A stretch of DNA of 64,000 nucleotides, taken from assembly GCA_965644265.1 (NCBI GenBank), contig OZ286461.1:35650001-35714000 (forward strand). The letters run 5' to 3'. The notes under the pieces were generated by a model. That model saw only the letters and a list, made by a program, of their open reading frames with translations. It did no database searches and had not been told where the DNA came from. This stretch comes from Glycera tridactyla. Its lineage: Eukaryota. Shown here in pieces: positions 46,216-59,482 of this stretch (positions are counted from its first letter, which is position 1; the number at the start of each line of letters is the position of its first letter). The translations under genes and the position numbers were made by a program.

Positions 46216-47893
46216 CTCTTGACTAGTAAATCTCTGAATCAATCATAATACATATCAAGTTAAAAATGGTTATAACTCATCAACTCCTACCTCTTCTTGA
46301 CATTAGATTGTAGAGGATGTTCTTGCCCACCCGGATCATCTCATACCATCTCATATTCTATTGTCTATGCAGTGTTGATTCACCACAAGTTACACGTTCA
46401 AATGCATATATATTACTGATCTTATCCACTACGGTTGTACTTCACAATCTGTATATAATGTACCGTTGTACACCCGTTGTGTTGAAAAATAAAAGTTACT
46501 CAATCTCAATCTCAATCTCAAAGTTCAGCATGTCATTTGTCGTTGCTTATTCTGCTCGGAAGAGAAAGTGACCTTCTCTGGTGAAAGTTGTGATTGATTG
46601 GGCATCGTCAGACTGAATATATATATATAGCCCTAGTAATTGAAATAACATTTGTAGAATGAAGCCAGCCATCGGAGTACAGGAAAGTGATGGGTTCTCA
46701 GTCAACCCTTCCCTTTGCTATAGGAAATCGAATTATTTAAAGGTAATTTTTCTTGCAAGTCTCTCCGATTGATATTTTGGGTCACTAAGTAGTCCTGTTC
46801 ATGACATGATCATATGAGAGAATGCCACCTTCGCTTACGGAGTTATTTTTCCTTTTTTCCATTCCATAAAAAACTGCCGTTTTCAGTTCTTTTCCCGGCC
46901 CCAGGCCTTTTCTATGACACCAAGGAAAGGATGAATTTGTCCATTAAAACTGCCCAGATGTGGGCCTATGATGGGTTAACTTTTCCAGCATTAGAAATGG
47001 ATAGAACTGAAAATATTGCCTGATTTTGTCACTGTATATTACATCGTAATAAGAACAATATCTAGATTTCATGACCAAACATGATGTTCTCCACTCTGGC
47101 TCATTCAATGGGAGGGACCTATTATCAAATAGTAGTTTATATAGGCATAGAGTTGCTCCCTGTCCTACTCCAATTTCTTTTATCTTTGTGCTCAAACAAG
47201 GATAAACAATGAGTTTATTGGAGCTCTCTCAGAAATGCAACACTATAACAAGCTGAATATGACAGTACGTGATCTCATATGTCTTGAGGTTTTACGTGAT
47301 ATACTTTTTCTTACACATTGGCGGGTATTTGTGAGAATCGTCAATGTTTTACGGTTTCATTGTCGGTATCACCATGAGATAAGTGGGTGCCAGTTGAGCT
47401 ATGGTTCAGCTCACCTTGTTATTTCCTTCTCACGGCTCCGCTTACAGTCACCTCTGAACTCGCGTGTCATAAGTTGGACCAGGGATCCATCTTTACGTTA
47501 TTATCGATGCTCCACTGGCCGCCAACCCATCCTACAGATATATCGCCCACGTCAACTAGCTGTAAACGGAGACCTTGTGAATGTCAACCTCATAGTCAGT
47601 AACCTAGGACCGGTTCAACTAATATGACGTTTTACCATTTGCAAGCAGTTTTATGACACACTTGGACCATAATCTCGTGTGTCATGCAGGTGAACTGATT
47701 TTTTGTAGACCACCTTGTTGAGTTCTGCTGCCACATATTATTGGAGACGTGTAGTACCATGGTCCGTTGGCGCTAGCAATTGGCCATAGTCAGCAGCTAA
47801 AACTTTTCCCATCTGACTTAAAGTCTCTAGTCAAACTGACTAAAATGAATTAGTCTGAGGCAATTGGAGACGGTGATTTTATCCTTGCATATG

Positions 47894-48266
47894 CAGGGGA
47901 GTTCCTGAGTAGAGAAGTGAATGAGACAAATGTCCCACATGACCTGAAACCAATGAAACATTTCTGAGTTGAATGAGACAGTTTCTCACTCATTCCAAAT
48001 GAAACGCGAGATGTTTTAAACAATAGTCTGCTCACTGAAAGGAAATATCTCAGACCAAAGGTTTCTCAGTACGAACAGGCAATGTTATCACTGACAGTTC
48101 TCCTGGAATATATTCAGGAGTAGTTTGGTATAAATGAAATTCTGGCATCTGTTGGACCTTTGATCAGAGCCATTGAGACAATTTGTTCCAAGTACACTCA
48201 GACGAATGGGACATTTGAGAATTTGACGAGAGATTCTCCCCAAATCTCGCTCCAGGAATATCCCTG
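47894..48266. mobile_element. CAGG-terminated (hAT-like) non-autonomous element
   Basis: Collinear with 57557-57936; ends caggggagttcctg / caggaatatccctg. No TSD recovered. Confidence 0.6.
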
Positions 48267-50420
48267 ATATATCTTATGTAATCATTGGAAATCTGGGTTT
48301 TGTGGTACCATATCCAAAGTGCTGCAAAACGTATATTTCTCATCTGGATCTCACTAAACTGCTTTGAAATGAAGTCACACCAGAATGCAATCGGCAAAAG
48401 CATAATTAATTCGACATAAAAGAATTCTGTCTCTGAGTCATCTGCACTTGTGAACAGGTTCCATTCTACTGGTATTCTTATCTGCTTTCTGCAAGAGATG
48501 AAGGAATGTCTTCCTTTGGACAGCAGATTAATCACTTCAAAATGAAATATAAAATCTAGAGGGTGTTTGGTCATTGTTGCAGGGATCTGATTCTTCTGTA
48601 GATTTGCGGATTCCCATGTTTTTGATCACATATGACATTGCATATGACAGAAAAGGAGTATTCTATGTTGATCATTTTGGCTTTCAGATCATGAAAGTCA
48701 GACCAGAATTAGTGGAAGTAGAGCACAGAGTTTGTATCGAGTTGAAGTAGCCATTACCATATATACTCGCATATAAGCCCATTTTTTGATGACAAAAAAA
48801 TCAGGGCGAAAGAGGGGGGTGGCTTATACGCGAGTATAAATTTCGTCAGAGACAAATACCAATGTAGACGAAGAGCCGTGAGCTGGTGCTTCGCTAGCAG
48901 CTGCCGCCATCTTGGTTTTTGAAAGAACCAACAAACACGCATGCAAATATCATCGAATTTAACAAGGTTCCCTAACAAATAAAAGTTTAGCAATGCGGAC
49001 CATTTGTCAGCAATATTGTTTTATTTATCATGCAAAACGTTCTGCAAAATGTATTTCTCATCTGGATCTCACTAAACTACTTTGAAATGAAGTCACTCCA
49101 GAATGCAATCGGCAAAAGCATAATTAATTCAACATAAAAGAATTCTTTCCCTGAGTCATCTGCACTTGTGAACACGCAGAAATTATGATTTTATGCCTGC
49201 TCATTTTCTGGAAATATATTGAAACAGTTTGAATAATAATTTTCAGTAACACTTTCAATATTGTCTCATTATGGTGATCATATCCTTTTTTGGGCAAAAA
49301 TAGACATCTTTCTTCTCCACCTCAGATAAGAAAATGAATAGTACCTTACCTACTCTTGTACTGTCACATCATGCCAATAATATTCACATTTTTCCATATG
49401 AAGCATTTTTCTATAATTTATCTTAATATTTTTACTTTTTTTCTTCATACAAATTTGTTGCAAGTGATATATTGCTGTGATTGCCTTGTTTAATTACACC
49501 TTCACTTTCATGACTCCTCTCAAATTGTACTCCTCACATGAAATCATTCAAATTTCCTCATCAACAAGACAAATGTTTCAAGAAAAAATCTGCTGGACTC
49601 TGTTGATAGAATTTATTGAAATCTCCCCAATTCGTTCTTGCTTACTTCCTTCATTGCATGCATCCTTGGACCTGAAACCTCGTGACTAGATCCTAAAGCC
49701 TATTCATTAGTATGTCTTATTATTATTTTTTTTAGGGTAGCATCTCAGTGTCTATTTGTTCTNNNNNNNNNNNNNNNNNNNNNNNNNNNNNNNNNNNNNN
49801 NNNNNNNNNNNNNNNNNNNNNNNNNNNNNNNNNNNNNNNNNNNNNNNNNNNNNNNNNNNNNNNNNNNNNNNNNNNNNNNNNNNNNNNNNNNNNNNNNNNN
49901 NNNNNNNNNNNNNNNNNNCATCTCCTTTTTAGTGAACAGAAAAATATATGTATAAATATATTTGTGATTTCATTGTCTCTNNNNNNNNNNNNNNNNNNNN
50001 NNNNNNNNNNNNNNNNNNNNNNNNNNNNNNNNNNNNNNNNNNNNNNNNNNNNNNNNNNNNNNNNNNNNNNNNNNNNNNNNNNNNNNNNNNNNNNNNNNNN
50101 NNNNNNNNNNNNNNNNCCATCTCCTTTTTGAATTCCCACTATCACATCAAACTGTATCTAAGAGCAGATCCTATACATATTTGATCCTACAAGAGTGTTT
50201 GCTGGCTTCGGATATATTTGTGAGGGAATGATGGAAAGTGGTCTTGTAATATCCTTGCTCAGTGCTCATCACAAGTTCCATTCTACTGGTATTCTTATCT
50301 TCTTTCCGCAAGAGATGAGGGAATGTCTCTTGTACCCCGTCATCTTCTTCTTATTCTCCTTCTTCGTCCTTCTTCTTCTTCTTCTTCTTCTTCTTTTTCT
50401 TCTTCTTCTTCTTCTTCTCC

Positions 50421-51493
50421 TTATTATGCCCCCCAACCGAAGGTAGGGGGGCATCCTGGATTCACTCTGTCCGTCTGTCTGTCTGTCTGTCCGTCCGTTC
50501 GTCTGTAAACAATTTTTGTGGCACCTGGTGTGTCCAAGCTATTGATGCGAGAGTTTCCATTTTTGGTATGTGGATTACCCATGAGGGGTAGGTGTGCATG
50601 GGCATGCCATTTTGCTCCTACAACCTTTGACCTTGGGCCAGTGACCTTGACCTTGGAAATTGTCATGAAATCTTGTGGCACCTAGTGTGTCCAAGCTATT
50701 GATGCGAGAGTTTCCATTTTTGCTATGTGGATTACCCATGAGGGGTAGGTGTGCATGGGCATGTCATTTTGCCCCTACGACCTCTGACCTTTAGGCCAGT
50801 GACCTTGACCTTGGAAATTGTCATGAAATCTTGTGGCACCCAGTGTGTCCAAGCTATTGATGCGAGAGTTTCCATTCTTGCTATGTGAATTACCCATGAG
50901 GGGTAGGTGTGCATGGGCATGTTATGTCGCCCCTACGACCTTTGACCTTGGGCCGGTGACCTTGACCTTGGAAATTGTCATGAAATCTTGCAGCACTCAT
51001 TGTGTCCAAGCTATTGATGCGAGAGCTTCCATTTTTCGTATGTGGATTACCCAAGAGGGGTAGATGTGCATGGGCATGTGAATTTGGCCCTACAACCTTT
51101 GACCTTGGGCCAGTGACCTTGACCCTGGAAATTGTTATGGAATTCTGCGGCACCTGGTGTGTCCATGCTATTGATGGGAGAGTTTCCATTTTTGGTATGT
51201 CAGTTACCCATGAGGGGTAGGTGTGCATGGGCATGTTATTTTGCCCCTATGAACTTTGACCTTGGGCCAGTGACCTTGACCTTGGAAATTGCCATGAAAT
51301 CTTGTGTCACTCATTGTATCCAAGCTATTGATGCGAGAGCTTCCATTTTTATTGGTATGTGGATTACCCAAGAGCGGTAGGTGTGGATGAGCATGTCATT
51401 TTTCCCCTGTGACCTTGGAGATATGACCTTGAATAAGATGGCGGGGGGGGGGGGGGGGGGCATTAGTATATCCTCTGGATTACAGTTCTAGTT
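50421..51493 (+). mobile_element. Helentron-associated (HINE/DINE-like) element with a 157-bp internal array
   Basis: ttattatgcccccc-hairpin-gggggca, (gtct/gtcc)n, six unit anchors about 157 bp apart, 3' end ggggcat...ctagtt; inserted in a (CTT)n tract. Confidence 0.75.
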
Positions 51494-51659
51494 CCTCTTC
51501 TTTTTCTCTTCTCCTTCATGTCCTTTTTAGCGAACAGAAAAATACATTTATAAATATATTCGTGATTTCATTGAATTCCCACTATCATATCAACCTATAT
51601 CTAAGAGCAGATCCTATACATATTTGATCCTACAAGAGTGTTTGCTGGCTTTAGATATA

Positions 51660-52146
51660 CAGTAAAACCTGCTTGAGTGAAAACCTGTGGTAGGTGAAAT
51701 CCTGTCTTAAGCACATACGCCACGGACCGCCCAACTGTTTTTTCACTATAATTGTCCTGGATTAGGCAAAAACCTGTCTAACCTGAAGAATGAAACACCA
51801 TTTTTGGCCCTGTGGTGCCTTCCATCCTGTCATGAGTGAAAAGTGAAGTTGAGATCAGCTCAATTGTGAGCAGTTCTACATTGCTTATTGCAGGTAATCG
51901 CTACCATTTAGGCCGGTGGCTGGTCATGTTAGAGAGGTGATCGCTTGTCACAGGTCATTTAAGAAGTATTTGGTATTTTGGCAAACAAAAGCAATCCTTC
52001 AAGAGAGGTGATTGCTCATGACATGTTTCACTGTCTTTCTTATCCATATCAGACAAACAGTAGTGAAATCCTCTGCTAAGTGAAATCCTGTCTCGAGTGA
52101 AAAAAAATTTGGTCCTTTGACTTTTCACTTAAGACAGGTTTCACTG
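51660..52146. mobile_element. TA-flanked MITE, 487 bp
   Basis: Highly similar copy at 61817-62302 and a longer relative at 54973-about 55895. The empty paralogous site is near 50216. Confidence 0.85.
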
Positions 52147-52515
52147 TATCTATGAGGGAATGATGGAAAGTGGACTTGTAATATCCTTGCTCACTGCAGG
52201 TCATTGCTCATCACAGGTTCCACTCTACTGGAATTTTTATCTGCTTTCTGCAAAAGATGAAGGAATGTCTTCCTTCGGACAGCAGATTAATCACTTCAAA
52301 ATGAAATATAAAATCTAGAGGGTGTTTGGTCATTGTTGCAGGGATCTGATTCTTCTGTAGATTTGCGGATTCCCATGTTTTTGATCACATATGACATTGC
52401 ATATGACAGAAAAGGAGTATACTATGTTGGTCATTTTGGCTTTCAGATCATGAAAGTCAGACCAGAATTAGTGGAAGTAGAGCACAGAGTTTGTATTGAG
52501 TTGAAGTAGCCATTA

Positions 52516-53828
52516 CCATATATACTCGCATATAAGCCCATTTTTTGATGACAAAAAATCAAGGCAAAAGAGGGGGCGGCTTATACGCGAGTATGAATTT
52601 TGTCATAGCCAAATACCAACGTAAACGAAGAGAGAAAATCCCGACAAATTTGCCATTAATGTGATGAAAACAAAGCCTGTATAACCATCCAATTGTGTTC
52701 CGCCATTTCGACCACCATTCGTCACATGATCGATGATGATCAAGTATGGCCGATAACGAGAAAAAAAACAATTTGCATAATTCATCAGAAGTATATATGA
52801 CGTAATTCCGGGGTTTCTCTTCATATCCGGGATGCCAGCCTCATCACATGACCCAACAATGGCGATTAAATCGCTATTGGTGAAGCCAGCCTGTTTTTAT
52901 CGGGAAATACATGCTCTTTCGGCATTGAAACATGTTTTCAGAGGTGGAGATCGCCTCAACATGGATTGTACCCATGAATCATTGAAGTATGGAGGCGCGA
53001 ACGAACCAACAATAACTGGGGTAAGGCGTGAAATGGCTTCTCTACATAGTTGTCTTTGATGTATCATGGCACTCATCGCAAGTTGACTCGCTGAAATTCA
53101 CCATGTTCAATCAGCAGCTTATATTCGAGAAATTGACTAAATCCCAACTTCTGGAGGCAAAATTGTACCCCCGACTTATACGCGGAGAAGGCTTATATGC
53201 AAGTACCGTGTTCTCCCTAATTAGCGCCCGACCCTCATAAGTGCCCCCTCCCCCTCCCCCTCCCAGAGGAGAGAAGTTGCCAATGTCTGAATTTCCCCCA
53301 CTTTCTGAGCCAGCAAGAAGGCCAGATCGAAGATGGTGGCGCGCACGTGGGTGAAGATGCCACTCCTTGCCGCTTGATATTTCCACTGTTTTCGGCGAAT
53401 ATTCGATGGATTTGAGGGATTTATGCATGGATACCACATGATTTTATACCCAGGAATTCATTTGCACAATCGTTTTTACTGTGAGTTCGATATTTCGTGG
53501 GTTTTAATCGCGGCAAACTTTGTCTGAAAACGCGGGATTGACTTTTCAAAGTGAGATTGGTTATGCAGATGCCGCTGTTTGCACATGTTTATTCGGCGAA
53601 TATTTGTCATATCCTTGCAGATTCTTCGTTTTTACTGCTGTTCGACACTAACAGAACCCTAGGAATACATTTATTGAATGTTTCTTCAATATTTCACCTG
53701 CCATTGGCGTTTGTTCGCCAAAATACCCTATTATCGCGAATTTTTGACATCTTGAACGAATAAGCGCCCCCCCTTTTTCAATTCGCAAGCGCCCCGGGCG
53801 CTAATTAGGGAGACTACGGTATATATGG
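52516..53828. mobile_element. Tigger/pogo-like element whose right TIR is split by a second element
   Basis: Left TIR ccatatatactcgcatataagc. The right TIR is reconstructed as gcttatatgcaagTA + tatatgg after removing 53206-53821. A partial left-end copy starts at 48757. Confidence 0.75.
53206..53819. mobile_element. TA-flanked element, 614 bp, 25-bp TIR
   Basis: ccgtgttctccctaattagcgcccg / cgggcgctaattagggagactacgg. A relative begins at 63894 and runs off the window. Confidence 0.85.
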
Positions 53829-55999
53829 TAGTCAGTAGTTGTTGGGGTTTTTCGTTCCACAGAATTCTGCTGAAAGGGGCCTTTGGCCTGGTTTCGAGGG
53901 TTCACAGGGTTTTTGGTTGTGAGCCAGTCACATCCCTGCCAATGACAAGTGAAAGCATTTTTCTGTAAATGCTTTGGAAAGCATCTCATGAATTGTTCCC
54001 AAGTGTCACTTGACCCATCTCAACAGTATTGCAATATGCAGATTTCATATGATCACTATTTTTCTTGAACGCCTATCTTTTATCAGATAAAAGAAAATAA
54101 TTACTGCCGAGGCAATAAAGCACTCATGTTAATGCGCTTTCTCCCCGAGTGTCATATCGGGTGATGGAGTACTTCTCTTGGAGACTGATTCTAACTCATC
54201 AGAGGATGATTACATATATTACCATTAATCTTTTTCAAAACAGTGTTTTGAGGATTTCACATTTTACACATAATTGGTGAACATATCTATTAGTTTTTTC
54301 CTCGGAGCTTAAATGATGTGATTTCTTTTGGTAATGATAATCTTGCAAATATATTGTTTTGTGAAGGATGAGGGTTAATCTTGATAATTGACTGTGCAGT
54401 GTATTCACACTCACACTATGATGATGTGCGAAGGGTGAGCGAGGACCGTGCTCACATAATGATGATGATGATGATGATGATGACAATGATGAGTTTGACT
54501 CATTTAGGGTCGGGTGTCTGCGGACCGGTCAGTTCTCATGACAATGTGGCATCATGCCTCCCGTAACAGATGGCAATTGTTCGTATGATGGGAGGTCAGT
54601 TTCATATTGTCCATTTGGTCAACGTAATGTCAATTTTGGTCATTAGCGGCCTTCCGGTCACGAGCAAGGGCCACCCTGCTCTTCCCTCGGTCTTTGCTGT
54701 CACCCCGGGGGCACAGTTGTAAAAGAACGAGTTCAAGATTTTGCATCCGTTAACTTGATCAGTTGTATTCAGTGGGCAGTTCTTGCTTCAAGCAATCCTG
54801 TCTGAGTTACAAAGACAGATGTCCCATTCTTCATTAGAGACAGAACAAAAATGTGAACAGATTTAGCAACAAACAAACGACAGCATAACAAGATCACCCA
54901 GATTCTGGATTTTAGGTTCACCAGTGTAAAAAATTGGCATCTTGTATTCATCTCTCATTCGTATTGGAACTACAGTAAAGCCTGCTTGAGCGCGATCCTG
55001 TGCACAACAAAATCCTGTCTACAACGCATACCCCACGGTTCACCCAAACTTTTTTTCACTATCATCGACCTGTATATATAGCAGAAACCTGTCTAATGCG
55101 AACAATGGGATGCCATTTTTGGTCCCACGGAGCCCTTCGTCCTGTATTCAGTTATAAGCGAAGTTGACATTGAAATTTGCGAGTGACCAATTCTACATGT
55201 TCCGCTTGGGAAATCCGCAATGACCCCGCTCATGAATCCTAGCCTCTCTCAGGCAGTTCTCCACTGCTCAGCAAGCCTTGATCTGTTCGCGAGTTTTAAG
55301 GTGTGATGACTCTGCTCACAGTTTCCGCACCATCCCCACCTCTCCGATAATGTGAGCAAGTCTATATTCGTGCCTTCCGCATGCGACCTGTTGACATCCA
55401 GCACTCGTGAGCACTTCTACATGCCATTACGGTGTGAGCAAGTCAAAGTGAGCAGGCCGGAGGAAGCCGGGATCTCCATCCGCGCTAAGAATTGTGGGTG
55501 TCTAGAATCCGAGAAGGAGGCAAAAAATCAGCAATTGGCGCTTCACAACAATGGTCTTCATCATGGATTTACAGGCAATATCCGTCATATTTTCGGGATT
55601 TATCATTCAATCTTTCATGTTTGAGCACCAAGGAATGAATTGGTATGCATGTTTAAGTTCACAAATGTATACTTCTTGGCAATGAAATACAAGCAGTGGG
55701 GAATGAACATGGGGAATTCCACCGCCACCATCTTGATTTTCACTCACTTTTTGCTTGTGAGGTTTGTTCATATATCACTTGTATTTATCACGTGGTGTGA
55801 GTGCAAAGGGGGCAAAGTCATATTTTTCTCCGGCGGGGCCCATGTGAAAATCCTGTGCACAGCATGATCCTGTCTATAGCGCAAGAAAAAATTGGGGAGC
55901 CTCATGTGCCTCGTACCACTCAGCCAACCTTGTTGGGAATAACACGGATCTCCATCACCAATGTGGTCTTACTATAGTCCCACACCTCCAATTCACTGA

Positions 56000-56450
56000 T
56001 GGAAGCATTGTGTCAGCTTCCATACAGTTACATACATGTAGTTAGATATGTCATCCTGAAGTTCATCATGTGCTTGTTAGGTAGGTAGAGGTGTGTCTTA
56101 ACTGTCAAATACCTCCTCTTGATAACATTCCAAGTTCTTCATCCTGTTGTGTAAAGATATTGTGAAAGTGATGTATGGAAAGGAGAGAATTCATTGACCT
56201 ATAACACATGGCATACATAATGCTCCGGGGTTGATACATACAGTCGAACCTGCTCTAAAGACCACCTCTCTATAGAGACCACCTCTCTATAAAGACCACC
56301 TGAGTTGCAACCGTGGTAGTATTTTCAACAGTAAATGACCTCTCTATTAAGACCACCTGCCTATAAAGACCGCTTTTTGATGCGACCTAAGGCAATCTTT
56401 ATAGGCAGGTTCGACTGTACTCTTAAACCTCAACTAAACCAAACCCAAAC
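56000..56450 (+). mobile_element. Family R copy interrupted by a MITE at 56241-56417
   Basis: The core and ttgataca-TA flank the MITE on the left; TA-ctcttaaacctcaactaaacc resumes on the right. Confidence 0.7.
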
Positions 56451-57940
56451 TTCAAATTTCACTTACATCTGTTGATGTTTATATCTAAATTCGCACCACA
56501 TCCTTACTGACAGAATATGCATACTCATGTTTGCAAATTTGTGAAAGCCTCAGGTATTCACGCCCATGAAAGGCTATGGTCACAGACAATGTCTGAGCCC
56601 GTCTGCCCCCTCCCAACACAACTTCCTCCTCCGTAGTCATCATTCCCCCGTCATTCCCCCATCCCCATCCTCATCTCTGCCCCCCCCCCCCCCCTGCCTC
56701 ATCCTCATGTAAGATGTCTGTGACTTGCGACAGCTCATCTTTCCTAATTATCTCCCTAAAGCCAAAAAGCATTTTCTTGTCTTCAAATGGCAATCTACCT
56801 CACCTGTTACGTTCCCTCAGGTAAACTCGGTCCAATCAACTGATGAGATGCCCACAGACGTATCTCGACCCTGGTGATGTATCGTAGCAAAGTGAAAACA
56901 TCTGAACATTGCCAACCACCCAAGCTCCAGTCATTGAAGCTAAAATCTCTGAAGGATTATATTCATGAGTGAAATGGCACTCACCTTGCATGGTATCTAT
57001 AATTCAACTTGTTCATGCTGTTGTTCATGAGTCAGATTGATAATAAATAATATGCTCAAAGAGGCAAATATATGGAAAATATTGACAGGCTGTATGAAAT
57101 TTGGTCTCATTTGGTTAGGTGTACCTTGTGGATTCTATGAGTTTTAATGTTTTTGCGTTAGTGAAGATATAGCCAAGACTGTGGCATTTCAGCAATTTAG
57201 AGTGGCTGTGGTTTTGCTTGGGGATTCCATGGTCAGGGTCATGCCCGCTCCCCGCACCCACCATTCATGTCGTCATGACATGGCCATGTTTCAGGAGTGA
57301 CGGGTATGAAATGTTGATGATCACAAGATGCATGCCTGACATTTGACAACTGCCGGAGCTCCGTACAGGTCACAGGAATCCACCTGCCCATCCCTTTTCC
57401 CATCTCCTCTCCCCGGATGAATTGATTTCCCGACCATCTTTCTCTGCTGAAATTCCAATTTCGAGAGTTCAGGTAAACAAAGCCATGTTTTATAAGCAAT
57501 TTCATTGATTGTGTATTTGTGAACTGGACTGGTGATTCATATGACATTCAAGTATCCAGGAAAATTCCTGAGTAGAGAAGTGAATGAGACGAATTTCCCG
57601 AACTATGTAAATCCAATGGGACATTTCTGAGCTTGATGAGACACTTTCTCACTCATCAAGATTGTTCAAAATGAAATGCTGTATGCCATAGTCTGCTGAC
57701 TGCTGTTTGAAAGTAGACCTCAGATTAAGGTTTCAAACAGTGAGCAGACAATTATATAAGTGGCAGTTCTTTTGAAAGTATGCTCTGAAGTAGTTTGAAG
57801 TCAATAAAATTCTGGCATCTGTTGGACCACTGATCAGAGCCAATGGGACAATTTGTCCCAAAGACCTCCAGACAAATGGGACATTTGAAAATTTAATGAG
57901 AGAATCTCCCCAAATCTCGCCCCAGGAATATCCCTGAGTA

Positions 57941-58118
57941 CAGTTAAACCTGTCTTGGGAGACCTCTCTTTTGGGAGACCACCCTCTAATGGGAGACCGC
58001 TTTTCATTGGCTCTTCTCTATTTGACATAGTTAAATATACCTCCAATGGGAGACCACCTGTCTTCAGAGACCGCTTTTTGTTGGCGTTTGGGGCGGTCTC
58101 CCAAGACAGGTTTTACTG
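57941..58118. mobile_element. CAGT-type MITE, 178 bp
   Basis: TA-cagttaaacctgtcttgggagac ... gtctcccaagacaggttttactg-TA. Confidence 0.85.
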
Positions 58119-59482
58119 TATCTATAAAGATCAAGAATTTCACCTTCTGCCAGGAGATGTCTTTGCGATATGTCGAAGGTGTTGCACATGTGACTACATG
58201 CCAACTACTGATCATGTAACTTTATAGTCAGACCCGTATAAAAATGCAAAATTAGTTTCTAAAAAAAAGTTGTTTATGAGCAGTTGAATGCTGTGGAGTG
58301 ATAATGTGTGGTGGAAATACTGTTGTGGTTGTTGTAGTCATTCTTAGCAGGTAGCCTCTAAGAGAGGTGTTGAAAGTATAACCAGATGCAGGACATAAAG
58401 TACCTTGATTATCTATGACATTCATGAATTTACTCTTTCTCTTGGCGATATCTCAGATCATCCCACTTGCGGCCATTGCAGGGCTGTCTCAATATAGCCC
58501 AGATTGTGCTCATGGGGAGAAAACAACAATCCAAAGGAACATGAAATGCAAACCAAGCTGTTCTTACACAAGGGTCAATAAAGCAGGTCAGATTACAGCT
58601 TATTCATGAATAAATTCCAACACACTTAGGAATTTGATAAGCATGTACATGACTTGTGCTGGTAGGAGAAACTTTTCTCGGAGTGAGAACTTGTGACGGG
58701 TGCCAAGATGATGAAATAGAAAGATGTGATTCGAGCAGGGGGATGAGAGATAAAGCAAATAGTCGGCATCAGATGGTCAGAGTGCAGTAAGAGGAGGCGG
58801 CACCTCATCTGTAATGCAAGGATTCTCCAATCATATTTCCAGCAAAGTTTTAATTAGAACAAATAGAAGTGGGAGAAGTTAATAGGGTTGATTAAAGTCA
58901 GCCTTGTTCTGTTTCACTTTGTGCCCCAACTCATTTTTTATTGCAGTCATCATCAATCAATGATGGGAGAATGTGGCATTTTGAGGAAGTTTACGGAAGA
59001 GAACTTTGAAGAAAACTCTGCTACATTACATATCAGTAAATGATCAAATTCTATAATTTCTCCAAAAATCACTTCATACATTTACTTCGAAACCAAGAGA
59101 CAAGAGAATATGCTAAATGAAACTAAGAGTGGTCTCATGTAACAAGTGGTCTCTCACTCAAGGTATGTTTGTGAGACGAGTCCCTCGTTTAAACACTAAT
59201 ACATGCCAAAGAGACCACCTCTCCATGGAGTTCACCTGCCCATAGAGGCCACCCTGAACTGCGACCTTGTTAATATTTTCAATAGTAAATGACCTCTAAA
59301 AAGGCCACCTGCCTATAAGGGCCACTTTTGGTGCAACTCATGGTGGCATTTATTGACAGGTTCAACTGTACATGATTAGTATTGCCCATATCAGCACTGA
59401 TCAAGATGCTGATTTGTCTTGAGTGGTCATTCTTCACAGGTGATAGCCACCATTCGAGGTGGTCATCGGTCACACTGTAGAG

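Noticed and set aside
48164-48574. 136-aa ORF as a host gene
   Set aside because: It runs across two different dispersed repeats, and the paralogous copies are not frame-conserved.
56839-56875. Hammerhead candidate ctgatga-gatgc...gtatc
   Set aside because: No GAAA box.
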